From: Phoronis australis
Taxonomy: Eukaryota; Animalia; Phoronida
Assembly: GCA_002633005.1 (NCBI GenBank)
Contig: NMRA01000094.1
Location: 304,652-368,651 of the forward strand
Direction of reading: 5' to 3'
DNA length: 64,000 nt
Positions 1 through 21,500 of this stretch are shown piece after piece (position 1 is the stretch's first letter; the number at the start of each line of letters is the position of its first letter). Under the pieces are notes generated by a model. That model was given only the letters and a program-made list of their open reading frames with translations, was not told the origin of the DNA and searched no databases. Both the position numbers and the translations under genes were made by a program.

Positions 1-1575
1 ACAGGGCCTGGGTGCTAATCAATTATAGTTCGAACAAAGAAAAAGATCACAGAAAAGGTCTGTGAACAGCTGTCAGAAAAATAAGTACACTGGAAGAAAA
101 ATTAATCAAACTCACGAAAGAGAACAAAAAACTTCGAAAGCGAAATGAAAGAATTACAAAAGCAAACCAGCAGTCAACCAAACAAAGTACATTATCAAAT
201 GAACAGGGCAAATGGCACACCAAAATCAAAGTCAAATGCAGATATACGCGAACTCGGGCTTACACCTAAAAAGGTTCCTAAACGCATTAAAAAAGCTGGT
301 TATGGCAAACGCTATGAATGCTGAGATCAAATTGTCAAAACAGAAAAACACAACGCAAAAGAAAAGGCGAGTGATCGCAAATGTCGTCAGCGGGAGCTTT
401 ATAAGAAAATACAGATGCATTGAAATGATGAGCAAGGAATCGGACATGGTCCGCTGTGTATTGAAATGTTGAGCAAGGAATCAGGCATGGTCCGCAGTGT
501 ATTGAAATGATGAGCAAGGAATCGGGCATGGTCCACAGTGTATTGAAAAGTGCTAGAACAAAAAGAACCATTGCTGTGTCCAGAAAGAGAAAATTTGCTG
601 AAAGTCGAGTATCGGACCAAGAAACGTTTAGTCAACTTGGAAAGAGATGACAACAGCGTGAATATACCTGGGAGGAATGACTGCAACAAAACAGAAATCG
701 AGACCAAAAGTGAAAAACACCAAACACGTGTATTAAATGATTGCTTGACCAACTTACATGAAAAGTTTACACCAGAAAATCCATACATTAAAATTTCCAA
801 AGCTGTCTTTTGCCACCTTCGTCCCAAATACATTTTAGCCTTCCCACTAAACTGAGAACTAGAAATAGAAATAGCTGTCTCTGTAGCAAACATCAAAATT
901 TCGCTATGAAGCTGAAATGTCTGCGGTCTCTTGGAATAGAAATTTCGCCAAATCGTGAAGCAGTGAGCAAGGTAACTGAAGACCAAATGAGGGAAATGGT
1001 AGAGTACGGAGCTTTGCAGGACAATACGTAGAATTTGAAGAATGGGTATGAGTAGAAGTAGACGGGAAAAAGAAAATGAAGGTAGTGAAAACAAGCATGG
1101 CACAAAACGAATTTAAAACCCAAATGCAGTACAAAGAATTCTTGCAACATGTTTCCAGTGTTAAAACTCAACACAAGGCTATCCGAGATCTACCACAAAA
1201 TGAAATGCTTGTACACATGGATTTCGCAGAAAATGTCACATGTAGCAACGCGGATGAAATACAAAGTGTTTACTCAGTGGAACAGTACAGCAGTCACCGT
1301 CCACCCTGTCGTATTCTATAGAAAGGAAGAACTGGAACAAACCATAACTCCATCGCTGTACACACAATCCTCAAGAAGCTTGTGCTAGAACTGAAAACCC
1401 TCTGCCCGAATTGAAAGTAATTCACTACTGGACAGACACTCCATCGTCCCAAGACAGAAACAAATCATAATCACACAGACGTCTTCAACGTAAAAGCCAG
1501 GTGGAATTACTTTGAAGCTGGCCATGGTAAGGGGCCCTGCGATGGCCTAGGTGGGGTTGCCAAACGCCAGACCTC
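1..1575 (+). pseudogene. Degenerate DNA-transposon transposase (Sola2-like), frameshifted
   Basis: Fragments across frames: ISKAVFCHLRPKYI, RNSCLCSKHQNF, VHMDFAEN..C...DEIQS, VTVHPVV, IHYWTDTPSSQ.RNK, WNYFEAGHGKGPCDGLGGVAKR (1502-1567). The DFAEN and HGKGPCDG motifs are recalled from Sola2-type DDD transposases. Multiple stops and frameshifts. Confidence 0.7.
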
Positions 1576-2299
1576 AGGAGCTATTGCAATGTGGCGTGCG
1601 ACGTCACAAGGGGCAATTGAAGTCAGGGAGGGAGTTAGTTGCTTAATTAGTTATGAGATGGAAATTTGGACAATTTTAATTAACGTACCTGACATCACAA
1701 AGACGATGTGACTCCTCAAGTATAAAGGTATAATCTTGAAATGGAGCCGCTGTTATTTTAAGTTGTGTCTGATGTTGATGATGAAATAAATTAAGTAAAA
1801 CGTGTAATGGCTTGTGGAGAGAGGAGTGAAGAAGACGTCTTTACTTGAACACTACTTTATTGCGGACTGACTAACTACTGTTCAACAACATGTTTTTGCA
1901 ATACACAAGACCACATGCATATGAGTCACATTTCATAGAACTGTTTGGCAAGACTTATATAATAAACCATTCTAACTAATCGTGCCATATAAGGCAAGTG
2001 TAGTTCCAGTACAAATCACAATACTATTACAAAACGTATAACTTTATTTTTGCATCTTTCTTAATCTGAAAATGTCCTGTTATGTGCTTATATGCAAAAC
2101 GAAGGCGCATGTCACCAATATAAAGCAAAAGCGAGTCCTGGAGCTATGCAAAAATGTACATTTTCATGGAGCTCAAGATCATGCGAGTAAACTGAGAATT
2201 CCATGTTCACGTATACACGATCTTGAGATCAAGCATTATTTCAAGTTCTAGCACATTAGACCGATGAGCGGAAATTTGTAAAACGAGGTCAAAACAGAA

Positions 2300-2307
2300 C
2301 GGAAGTG
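2300..2307 (+). promoter_or_regulatory. ETS-type motif CGGAAGTG ~100 bp upstream of the ZC4H2 ATG (putative promoter element)
   Basis: Sequence motif only; such motifs are common in housekeeping promoters. Confidence 0.3.
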
Positions 2308-2399
2308 CATTTGCTTTGTTGTTTTCCGAGTCTGTCATGTTCACCACATTGCACATTGTCGAAGTTCTTTGCTACCTCATTGACCTATGAGTATTCAGA

Positions 2400-12827
<10,428 letters not shown>

Positions 12828-13311
12828 CGAACCAGATCGTTTGATATTCAATACGACTGGTTCATTTAGCAAAGGAATGTATCTCTTATCTTTTCATTTT
12901 ATAAATGGACTAGATGTTAGAAAGTGTTTGTGCCATACTGTTTTCAAGTCACTAATGAAACTGTTTCTGATCTTGTAAATCCTCTGATTAGTTTGAAGCT
13001 TCAAGCTTGTTGTTGTTGTGGTCTTTTTAGATTATTTGTTGCTTAAGAGTTGATTACATGTCATAGATATTGAGAGGTTTGAGGAATGAATCTACATGTA
13101 GTATACTGTATAAGAGCAAAGTTGTGTCTCCATGAGTGCCTAATGCCTGATGCATTGTGGGTAACCAGTCAGTGAATGAACCTACACATACTATACAGCT
13201 TAAGAGCAAAGTTGTTTCTCCATGAGCCTCTGATGCATTGTGGGTAACCTGTGAATGAATCTACAAATAGTATACTGTTTATAAAGAGCAAAGTTGTGTC
13301 TCCATGAGCGC

Positions 13312-15369
13312 CTCGCTGGTCCCCTACGTGCCTAGCCAGCACGCAGGTATCATGCAGTGGCACGCGCTTTATCATTAATTGATATAACCTCAGCACTCAT
13401 TGGTTAGTTTTACAACACCGTGAAAAAGTAGCGGATTGTGAACGATTTTTATGCGCCCACATATTTATATGTGGGTGCATATTGCCGTCATCTCTGTCTG
13501 GGCGTCCGGCATCCGCATCTCCTAAACGCCTAGCAGGATCTTATTGAAATTTGGCAAGTATGTTGCTATGGGGTTGACGACAGAGGGCGACGAGTTTCGA
13601 ACAGACCCGAATACCGCTGTGCCCCCTGGTGGCAATTTTAGTTTTTAACGTTTGCCGATTTTCATGAAATTTGGCACAGAGGCATCTATTAATGAGGTGA
13701 CGCTATCCTTTCATTTTCGGATGGATTTGAGGTATTTTGCGCCACCTAGTGGCCATTTTTAATGGCGTCTATTCTTCCATCAACCAAACCGCTCAAAGGA
13801 TGATTGCGAAAATTGTCATGTATGTTCTTACTATGAAGTGGACGGCTGACGATGGTTTTCCGACGACTTCAACTACTGTGGCGCCTCCTAGTGGCAATTT
13901 TTTTTTGCGCCTATGGCTGTATCTCCTAAACCATTTGCAGGATCTTTACTAAATTTAGTAAGTGTATTTATATGATGTTAATAACGCAGGATGACGACTA
14001 TCAGACAGATCTGACTACTGGTGTGCCATCTAGTGGCAATTTTATTTTTTTACGTTTACCTCTCTATCTTCAAAGGTCTTCAATGTATTTTCATAAAATT
14101 TGGCATACAGGCATCTATTAATGAGGTGACGCCATCTCTATTTTCAGATGGATTCGACCTAGTTTGCGCCACCTAGTGGCCATTTTTACTGTTTTCGAGT
14201 CTGTTTTTTGGCGTCTACTCGTCTATCAACCAAACCGCTTTCAGGATAATTGTGAAAATTGGCATGTACATTTTAACTTTGAAGTGGACGGTTGACGATG
14301 ATTTTCCAACTTTGATTACTGTGGCACCTCCTCTTGGCAGTTTTTTTGTACTCATGGTTGTATTTCCTAAACCGTTTGCAGGATCTTTACTTGATTTAGC
14401 AAGTGTATTTATATGATGTTGACAACAAACAACAACAACTTTTGGATGGATCTGACCACTCGTGTGCCCCCTAGTGGCAATTTTAGATTTTTACGTTTAC
14501 TTTTGTATCTTCAAAGGTCCAAAACAGATTTTCATAAAATTTTGAATATAGGCATCTATTGAAGGGATGCCGCTTTGCTCCTGTTATTGGATGGAATCTA
14601 GGTATTTTGCGCCACCTAGTGGCCATTTTTACTGTTTTAAAATCCTGGTCAACCAAATCCTAGGGATGGTTTTGAAAATTGAAATGTTCTCAGTGTGAAG
14701 AGGACATTTGATGATGGCGACTGACTACTGTGGTGCCTCCTAGTGGTAGCTCTGTTTTGTTTTGCATCCATAGCTGTATTTGGATGAATTGTACGTTTTT
14801 GCGCCATCTAGTGGCCATTTTTATGATGCAAATAAATAACCCTAGAAGCACACCATTTGCGATGCATTCGTGGGCGCATTTCAACGCTCCACGTTGCTCT
14901 TGTTAGTCTTGTCATGCAAGTGGCGTCGCAGCAACTACTTCATTTCTGCAGTGATGTTTAATAGCCGCGTGCTTGAAGCACATACATGTACAATAAACAC
15001 ATATCTGGCCGATTTAACCGGTGTGTTATTCATACTGTATGAATACAGGACAGTATCGTAAACAAAAGTCATTGACAGTAGAAAAATGCATTCCGAAAAG
15101 GCGCAACAACAATTTCTAGGATTCACATTTCCTTAACATAAATTTTAAGCACCAATTTATCTGTACAACATACCCATTTACACTTCAGTCCGTCAGTCAT
15201 GCCAGCATAGACTATGATGCCAGTTTGTTAGCGTAAAGAGCTGCCTGTTGAGAATTCGACTAGCTGATCAGAAACGCCGGTGTAAAAAAAATTCCCGAGG
15301 AAAATTAAGTGATACCTGCGTGCTGGCTTGGCTACCGCCCCACCTATCGGCACGCAGGGAACCAGCGAG
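13312..15369. mobile_element. TIR element with ~9-bp TSD (MULE-like MITE)
   Basis: TIRs ctcgctggtccc...gccagcacgcaggtatca / tgatacctgcgtgctggc...gggaaccagcgag; flanks catgagcgc (13303-13311) and catgagagc (15370-15378). Confidence 0.6.
13446..14904 (+). mobile_element. HINE family A, full-length copy nested in the MULE-like MITE
   Basis: Same termini as 7730-8818 (tttttatgcgcccacatatttatatgtggg ... gtgggcgcatttcaacgctccacgttgctcttgtt); about 10 internal repeat units. Confidence 0.75.
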
Positions 15370-15709
15370 CATGAGAGCCTGATATATTGTGGGTAACCAG
15401 TGAATGAATCTACACATAGTTACTGTTTACGAGCAAAGTGGTGTCTCCATGAGTGCCTGATGCATTGTGGGAAACCAGTGAATGAATCTACACACGGTAT
15501 ACTGTTTAAGAGCAAAGTTGTGTCTCCGCGAGTGCCTGATGCATTGTGGGTGACCATTGAATGAATCTACACACATGGTAAAAACAAGACAAAACAACCA
15601 TTGACAGAAATGTGACCAAGATCCAACCAGGCCTACAAGATATGTGATGTATTGAAAGACTATGCACAAGTTGGTCCTGCTTCTCTCGCTCCAAAAATAG
15701 TGGTTTCGG

Positions 15710-16110
15710 TTGTGACCTTGTCTTGGCAAGGGACTTGGCTCAGTTGTGACCTTGTCTTGGCCAAGGACTTGGCTCAATTGTCAGTTGTGACCTCGTCTTG
15801 GACTGGCACTTGACTGAGTCGTCCGTTGTGACCTCGTCTTGGCCAGTGACTTGGCTCCGTTGTCTGTTGTGAGCTCGTCTTGACCAGGGACTTGGCTCAG
15901 TTGTCCGTTGTGACCTCGTCTTGACCAGTGACTTGGCTCAGTTGTCCTTTGTGACCTCGTCTTGGCGAGTGACTTGGCTCAGTTGTCCGTTGTGACCTCT
16001 TCTTGACAGTGACTTGGCTCAGTTGTCTGTTGTTACCTCTTCTTGACCAGTGACTTGGCTCAGTTGTCCGTTGTGACCTCTTCTTTACCAGTGACTTGGC
16101 TCAGTTGTCC
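15710..16110. repeat. ~40-bp minisatellite (gttgtgacctcgtcttgaccagtgacttggctcagttgtcc)
   Basis: About 10 degenerate tandem copies. Confidence 0.9.
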
Positions 16111-18535
16111 AAACAATCGGGATCAGTTCATAAAAATTCATACATTGACTAACAACTCTTCACCAATCCATATTATGTCCATGTCAGCAGTGACACTTGA
16201 TTATAGCTCATCAAAAAGGCATTCAGAGAACACTTTTGGGCAGACACCACACAATCTCAAATGTGTTTATAAGAGCAATCGACAAAACGAAGTCCTGAAA
16301 ATCAAAAATCAGACTTTTGAGTTCAACTCGAGGTGTGATTTATTTTTTAATTCTTAAGCAGAATCTAAAAACCACCAAAAAGCCCATCTGTCAACTTCAC
16401 TATTTAGGTCTACATGTGACACTGTACGACAATATTCACTGATTATCTTGCTGGTGACCTGTGCTCAATTGAGTTCAGGCTGTCCTGAAATGTCATTCTG
16501 ATATTGCATTATAATTTTAGATGCACAAGTAGTTGGCGCTCAGTAGCGTGCGAGGAAAACACCAGTAGGATCCAAAATGGCTACTTGACTCTGACTTTAT
16601 TTATGCCCATATATTAATTTACATGAGGGCTATGATGCTTACATGAGGGCTATGATGCTGATCTTCTGTATTTTGGTAAAAATAGCCAATTGATTTGCTA
16701 TCAGGTGTCCAGTTCTGTCAGATTTTGAATGATGTTTGTGAGCCGCGTGTGTTTGTTCATCCATGATGTAATTTTAAAAGAAACAAAATGCTGAAAATTG
16801 CTTGAAAAAATGTTTTTAAATGTCACTACAAACCTGACTCAGAAATTTCAAGCACTTTTTCAGGTGATCACATAAAAGCAGGAAAATAATGTCATTGTTG
16901 AATGTGTTGTTGTATCGATGGAGATCAGGACAAGCTTGTGGTAATGGCATCAGGACAAGCTTGTGGTAATGGCGTTCATTGTAGGCGATACCTATGTCGA
17001 TGGTGGGCTCTCATTTTTATGTTTAACAGATTGCTCTTTGATCATGGCTATTTTTGTATTAGACACTGGGCAAAATAATTTAATTACAACATTTTACTGA
17101 AGTTGAGAAAATTCTCATCGAAATCGACAAAAATTTGAAGTGAATGTTTAAACATTTCATATGATTTAACATCATTTTCATGATGTGTTATCTAAGTAAA
17201 CACGATCGCAGTGATTGAACCATGTACTGCTCTCCTATTGGTCATTTTGATGACTGCTGCTCCCAGCGAAAAGCTGTTCATAGACATTGTCTCACAAGTC
17301 ACCATTTTGTTACATCATATATAAAGATGAGTTCAGTAACTTAACTTGTGGCAAGAATAATGTAGCCAAAGACACGCACTTTCACTGAAAAACAGCGATA
17401 TCTCGCGAGATCTTGCTTTTCTAATGCGACACTATGAGAAGTGTATCCAAGTAAGTATCAATGTCCACACGTCTGTCAATTCAGTTTGTGTTTGTCATAT
17501 CAATGTAAAATTTCTTTCTAGTCCAGTATGTATGTTGTGTTATTATGCCAGTTCAACTGATCATATTGTGTTGTTATGCCAAATCAAATAGTCATAGTTC
17601 AATGTGGTCTGAGAAAACACAGGCTCCATGCATTTATACAGGTTGCACTTGAAGCGTGTAAAACGGACCAAATATATGAACATCTTGGCTTTAACTATTT
17701 TATTTTTTAACAATCAACGTTTAACAAAAATCTACCACTTCAACACTTGGATAAATTAACAACCCAATGCACAACTGTTTATTACAAAGGAGTTTGAAAT
17801 GACGGTTGAATTTTAACAAAACGTTATCACAAAAAGCGTCGAGGTGCACGTGTTGCCAGCTGTGCAAAATAATAACGGACATTTCAGATCACTTTATTGT
17901 TCCAAACACGCCATGTTTGGATTTTACTGCAAAACATATTAACTCACAAAACCAAGAGATGTGTACCGAACAAAGACAACTTTTTACAATTAATATATTA
18001 AGTATCTAGTTTATACATTACAGGAAACTGAAACAGAAACGTAATTATATAACAAGACACTAGTACACACCAAACTACTACCATGTGAGCCTTGGTATGA
18101 GACAGCACTCTGGGAGGGGGACATCAACCTACTACCATGTAAGCCTCGGTACGAGACACCACTCTATTCTATGGGGGAACATCGACTAAGTACTAGCCCA
18201 ACCAATGAAACTAGTCAGCTGATGACATGCTTACTTCCCAACAGTGTGTCACTGGCAATTTAAATCACAGAAACGTGGATTTATATGACCATTAGAAATC
18301 ACCTAGAGCGAATTGAGGTTACGTTGCAAAGAATTAAAATTTAAACGTCTCACCAGAGCCAATATGTTTCCATCATTAGCAGAAAGATTGATCCACAAGT
18401 CAAAACTTTAGTCACCTCAACACACATCGTAATGAGCCATTTCATGTAAAGTAATTATTTAACAAAATGTTTCAATCCACTGCACACAACTAAAACATCT
18501 GAATGTTCAGGGTTGTTTACTTCCAAGAAGCCTGC

Positions 18536-21500
18536 CTAGCAACCATCACTGTCTTCCTCTAATGTCTGCTTACTTTCATCATACAGGCTTTTGGCATACA
18601 GAATCTGTTGAACGACCTGCAACACACAATTTACAAACTCTGTTAGTCAACTAAACTGTAAAACACTAAAACAAAATGTAAGAACAGAATCAACAATGAC
18701 AACAAAATATAGTCTTAAACTGGAACTTGCATGCTAATTCCTTATCTCTACGATTACTTGGTCAAACTATTAGAAACGCAACAAATAGCGACGATGCGAA
18801 TATGAAGAAGCTTGAAAATTGCCATATGATTCTAAGAAGAAGTTTTGTGGTGAAAATAATTCGCCACAAATCACTGAACTGTGTCCAGTAAGTATCGTGA
18901 CATGGTGCCGGGGAATAACACTGCATGATGCGGGCTACGTGAGCCTGCGAGGTACGTCATTAATGCAAAGGTCATCAATTTGCATATTTTTTGTTTTCAC
19001 ATGTACAAGATGTCATTACTGTACTTCAGTGTAGATTGTTAAAATAACATTGCCATTTAATTAGTTCCTGCTATACATTAGCACAGTTAAGAGCATGCAA
19101 ATACATCTTTAACATGGGACAGACTGACTTTCATGGTGTGTTCTTGTTTTAAAAGGCCACCAAACTACTAATAATCACCAGTATTCATACCTGTTGTGCC
19201 ATCTGTAGTGAATCGCACCTAATCTGTGGTTTTCGGCGCTTTTCTTCTGATTGCACGTCCTGCTTGATCAATAACTCAATGTAGTACCGTACATCTGAAA
19301 CAAACATGTCTGATTAAAGTGCCTTTAAATCTAAAGAATGCACTTGAAAGTTAACATAAATGAACAAAAAAGTATTGGTGTAGTAGAGAGAACGACACCA
19401 AAAACTCGTAAATAATGAAAATTGCCTCTTAAGTGGCACAGAATATGTGCGTTAACTAAAATGTGGGTCCAAACAAAAAAAATTCGCAAAGCAACAAATC
19501 TTGGTAGAAATTTCATCTTGCTAAGTGATGAAGAATACATAACGCTGTCAACGTACTGGCAGTGATACATATCTGAGTAAGTGAATACATACCTCTGTCA
19601 ATGTATCGGCACTGATACAGATCTGAGTAAGTGAATACATACCTCCATCAATGTATCTGCAGTGATACAGATCTGAGTAAGTGAATACATACCTCCATCA
19701 ATGTATCTGCAGTGATACAGGTCTGAGTAAGTGAATACATACCTCCATCAATGTATCTGCAGTGATACAGGTCTGAGTAAGTGAATACATACCTCCATCA
19801 ATGTATCTGCAGTGATACAGGTCTGAGTAAGAGACACTAAGCATGATGTTCTCATTTGTTGGATTCCCCTCTCTCAGGAAGTACACCTGTTGGCTGGTGA
19901 TGAGTGCTCGCAGTGCACTCTCACGACCGTAACGCAGTTGTTCTATAGAGATGAACCTGTAAAGACAGAGTATTCTGGCTACAGTTTCACTGTGATTAGC
20001 CAACTACAGTAATTTTTGAAGCCAACACCATTTAAGCAACAACCATCGTGATAGAATTACGAAATCAATCTGAACCTTTTATGAGTATTTGTACATCTGA
20101 ATCTATTAAAACCATGACAGTTTTGAGACATCCAGTTCATGTAGCAACATACAGAACAAGAACAATGCAGAGCGTTGAAATGCGGCAACGAATGCACCTC
20201 AAATAGTATTGCTTCCAGGGGTGTTTATTTGTATTATAAAAATGGCCACTAGATGGCGCAGAATATATTGAAAACATCCAAAAATGAGAATGTGTATTAT
20301 ATCCAAACTATTTGCTAAAGTTCATGAAAATCCATCAATGAAAGAACTCCATAGATACAAGGGCAAACAAAAGACTGCCACTAGGAATCACAGCGATGGT
20401 TGAATGTGTACATTTGATGTCAAGTTGACAGGAATACAATTATTGCAAAACTTCAAAAACATCTTGTAAGGGGTTTAGAAAATACAGCCGTAGATGCGAA
20501 AAAAATGTCACAGTAGTTGGACTCCTTTGAAAATCAATAGCAGTCCTGCTCTTGTTAGTAGGATCACGTCTGCCAATTTTCATAATGATCATGTGCGCAG
20601 TTTGGTCTATACAGAAGCAGATGACAAAAAAACAGACTAAATATAACTAAAATGGCCACTAGTCGAATATGTAGGAAAGATGCTGCCACCTTCATAATAG
20701 AAACATGTTTGCCGAACTTCATGGAAAACCATCAAGGATCTCTAAAGTTACAGATGGCGAACAGGAAAAAATAAGAATTGCCACAAGGGAGCACAGCTGT
20801 CGCCATAATCTGTTGCCATCTCCATAGGAATACATCTGCTCGATTTCACAAAGACCTTGCAAAGGGTAAAGGAGATACAGCCATAGACGGAAAAAATAAA
20901 ATTGCCACTAGGGGGCACAACAGTATTCGTATCGTCCCATGATGTCGTTGTCCGTTGTCAACTTCATATAAATACACTTGCCATATTTAATAAAGGGTTA
21001 GGGAGATACAGCCAGATGCAAAACAAACCGCCACTAGGAGGCGCCAAGGTAGTCCAAGTCATCCGAAAATCATCATCAGCCATCCGCTTCACAGTAGAAA
21101 CAAATGCCAACTTAACAAAATCATCCTTGGAGTTAAGAAGATATACCGCAGACACAAAAAATGCCACTAGCGTTCGCCACAGTAGTTGAAACTGTCCAAA
21201 AATCAGTGCCAGCCACAGTGTTCTCCTCAGAAATGCATATGCCAATTCTCATAATGATCCTTTGAGAAATTTGGCAGATACAAAGGCGAATGTAAAAAAC
21301 GTTCTCAAATTTTTTTTAAATTGCCACCAGGTGGCGCAGAATCCACCAAATATGTCTAAAAAGAGAAACCTTTTTGCCAAATTTCATACAAATCCATCAA
21401 GGAACTACGAAGATACAGAGGTAAAAGTAAAACTAAAATTGCCACTAGGGGACAGAGCAGTAGTTGAATCGGTCCGAAACTCTGGTTGTTTGATGTCAGC

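Larger units (their letters stand above)
13084..15575. repeat. ~78-bp minisatellite (tgaatgaatctacac...agagcaaagttgtgtctccatgagtgcctgatgcattgtgggtaaccag) split into two blocks (13084-13311 and 15370-15575) by a transposon insertion
   Basis: The same unit is present on both sides of the inserted element. Confidence 0.8.

Noticed and set aside
17401-17410. TCTCGCGAGA palindrome (BANP/Kaiso-type motif)
   Set aside because: A single 10-mer between two convergent 3' ends with no associated gene start; no supporting evidence.
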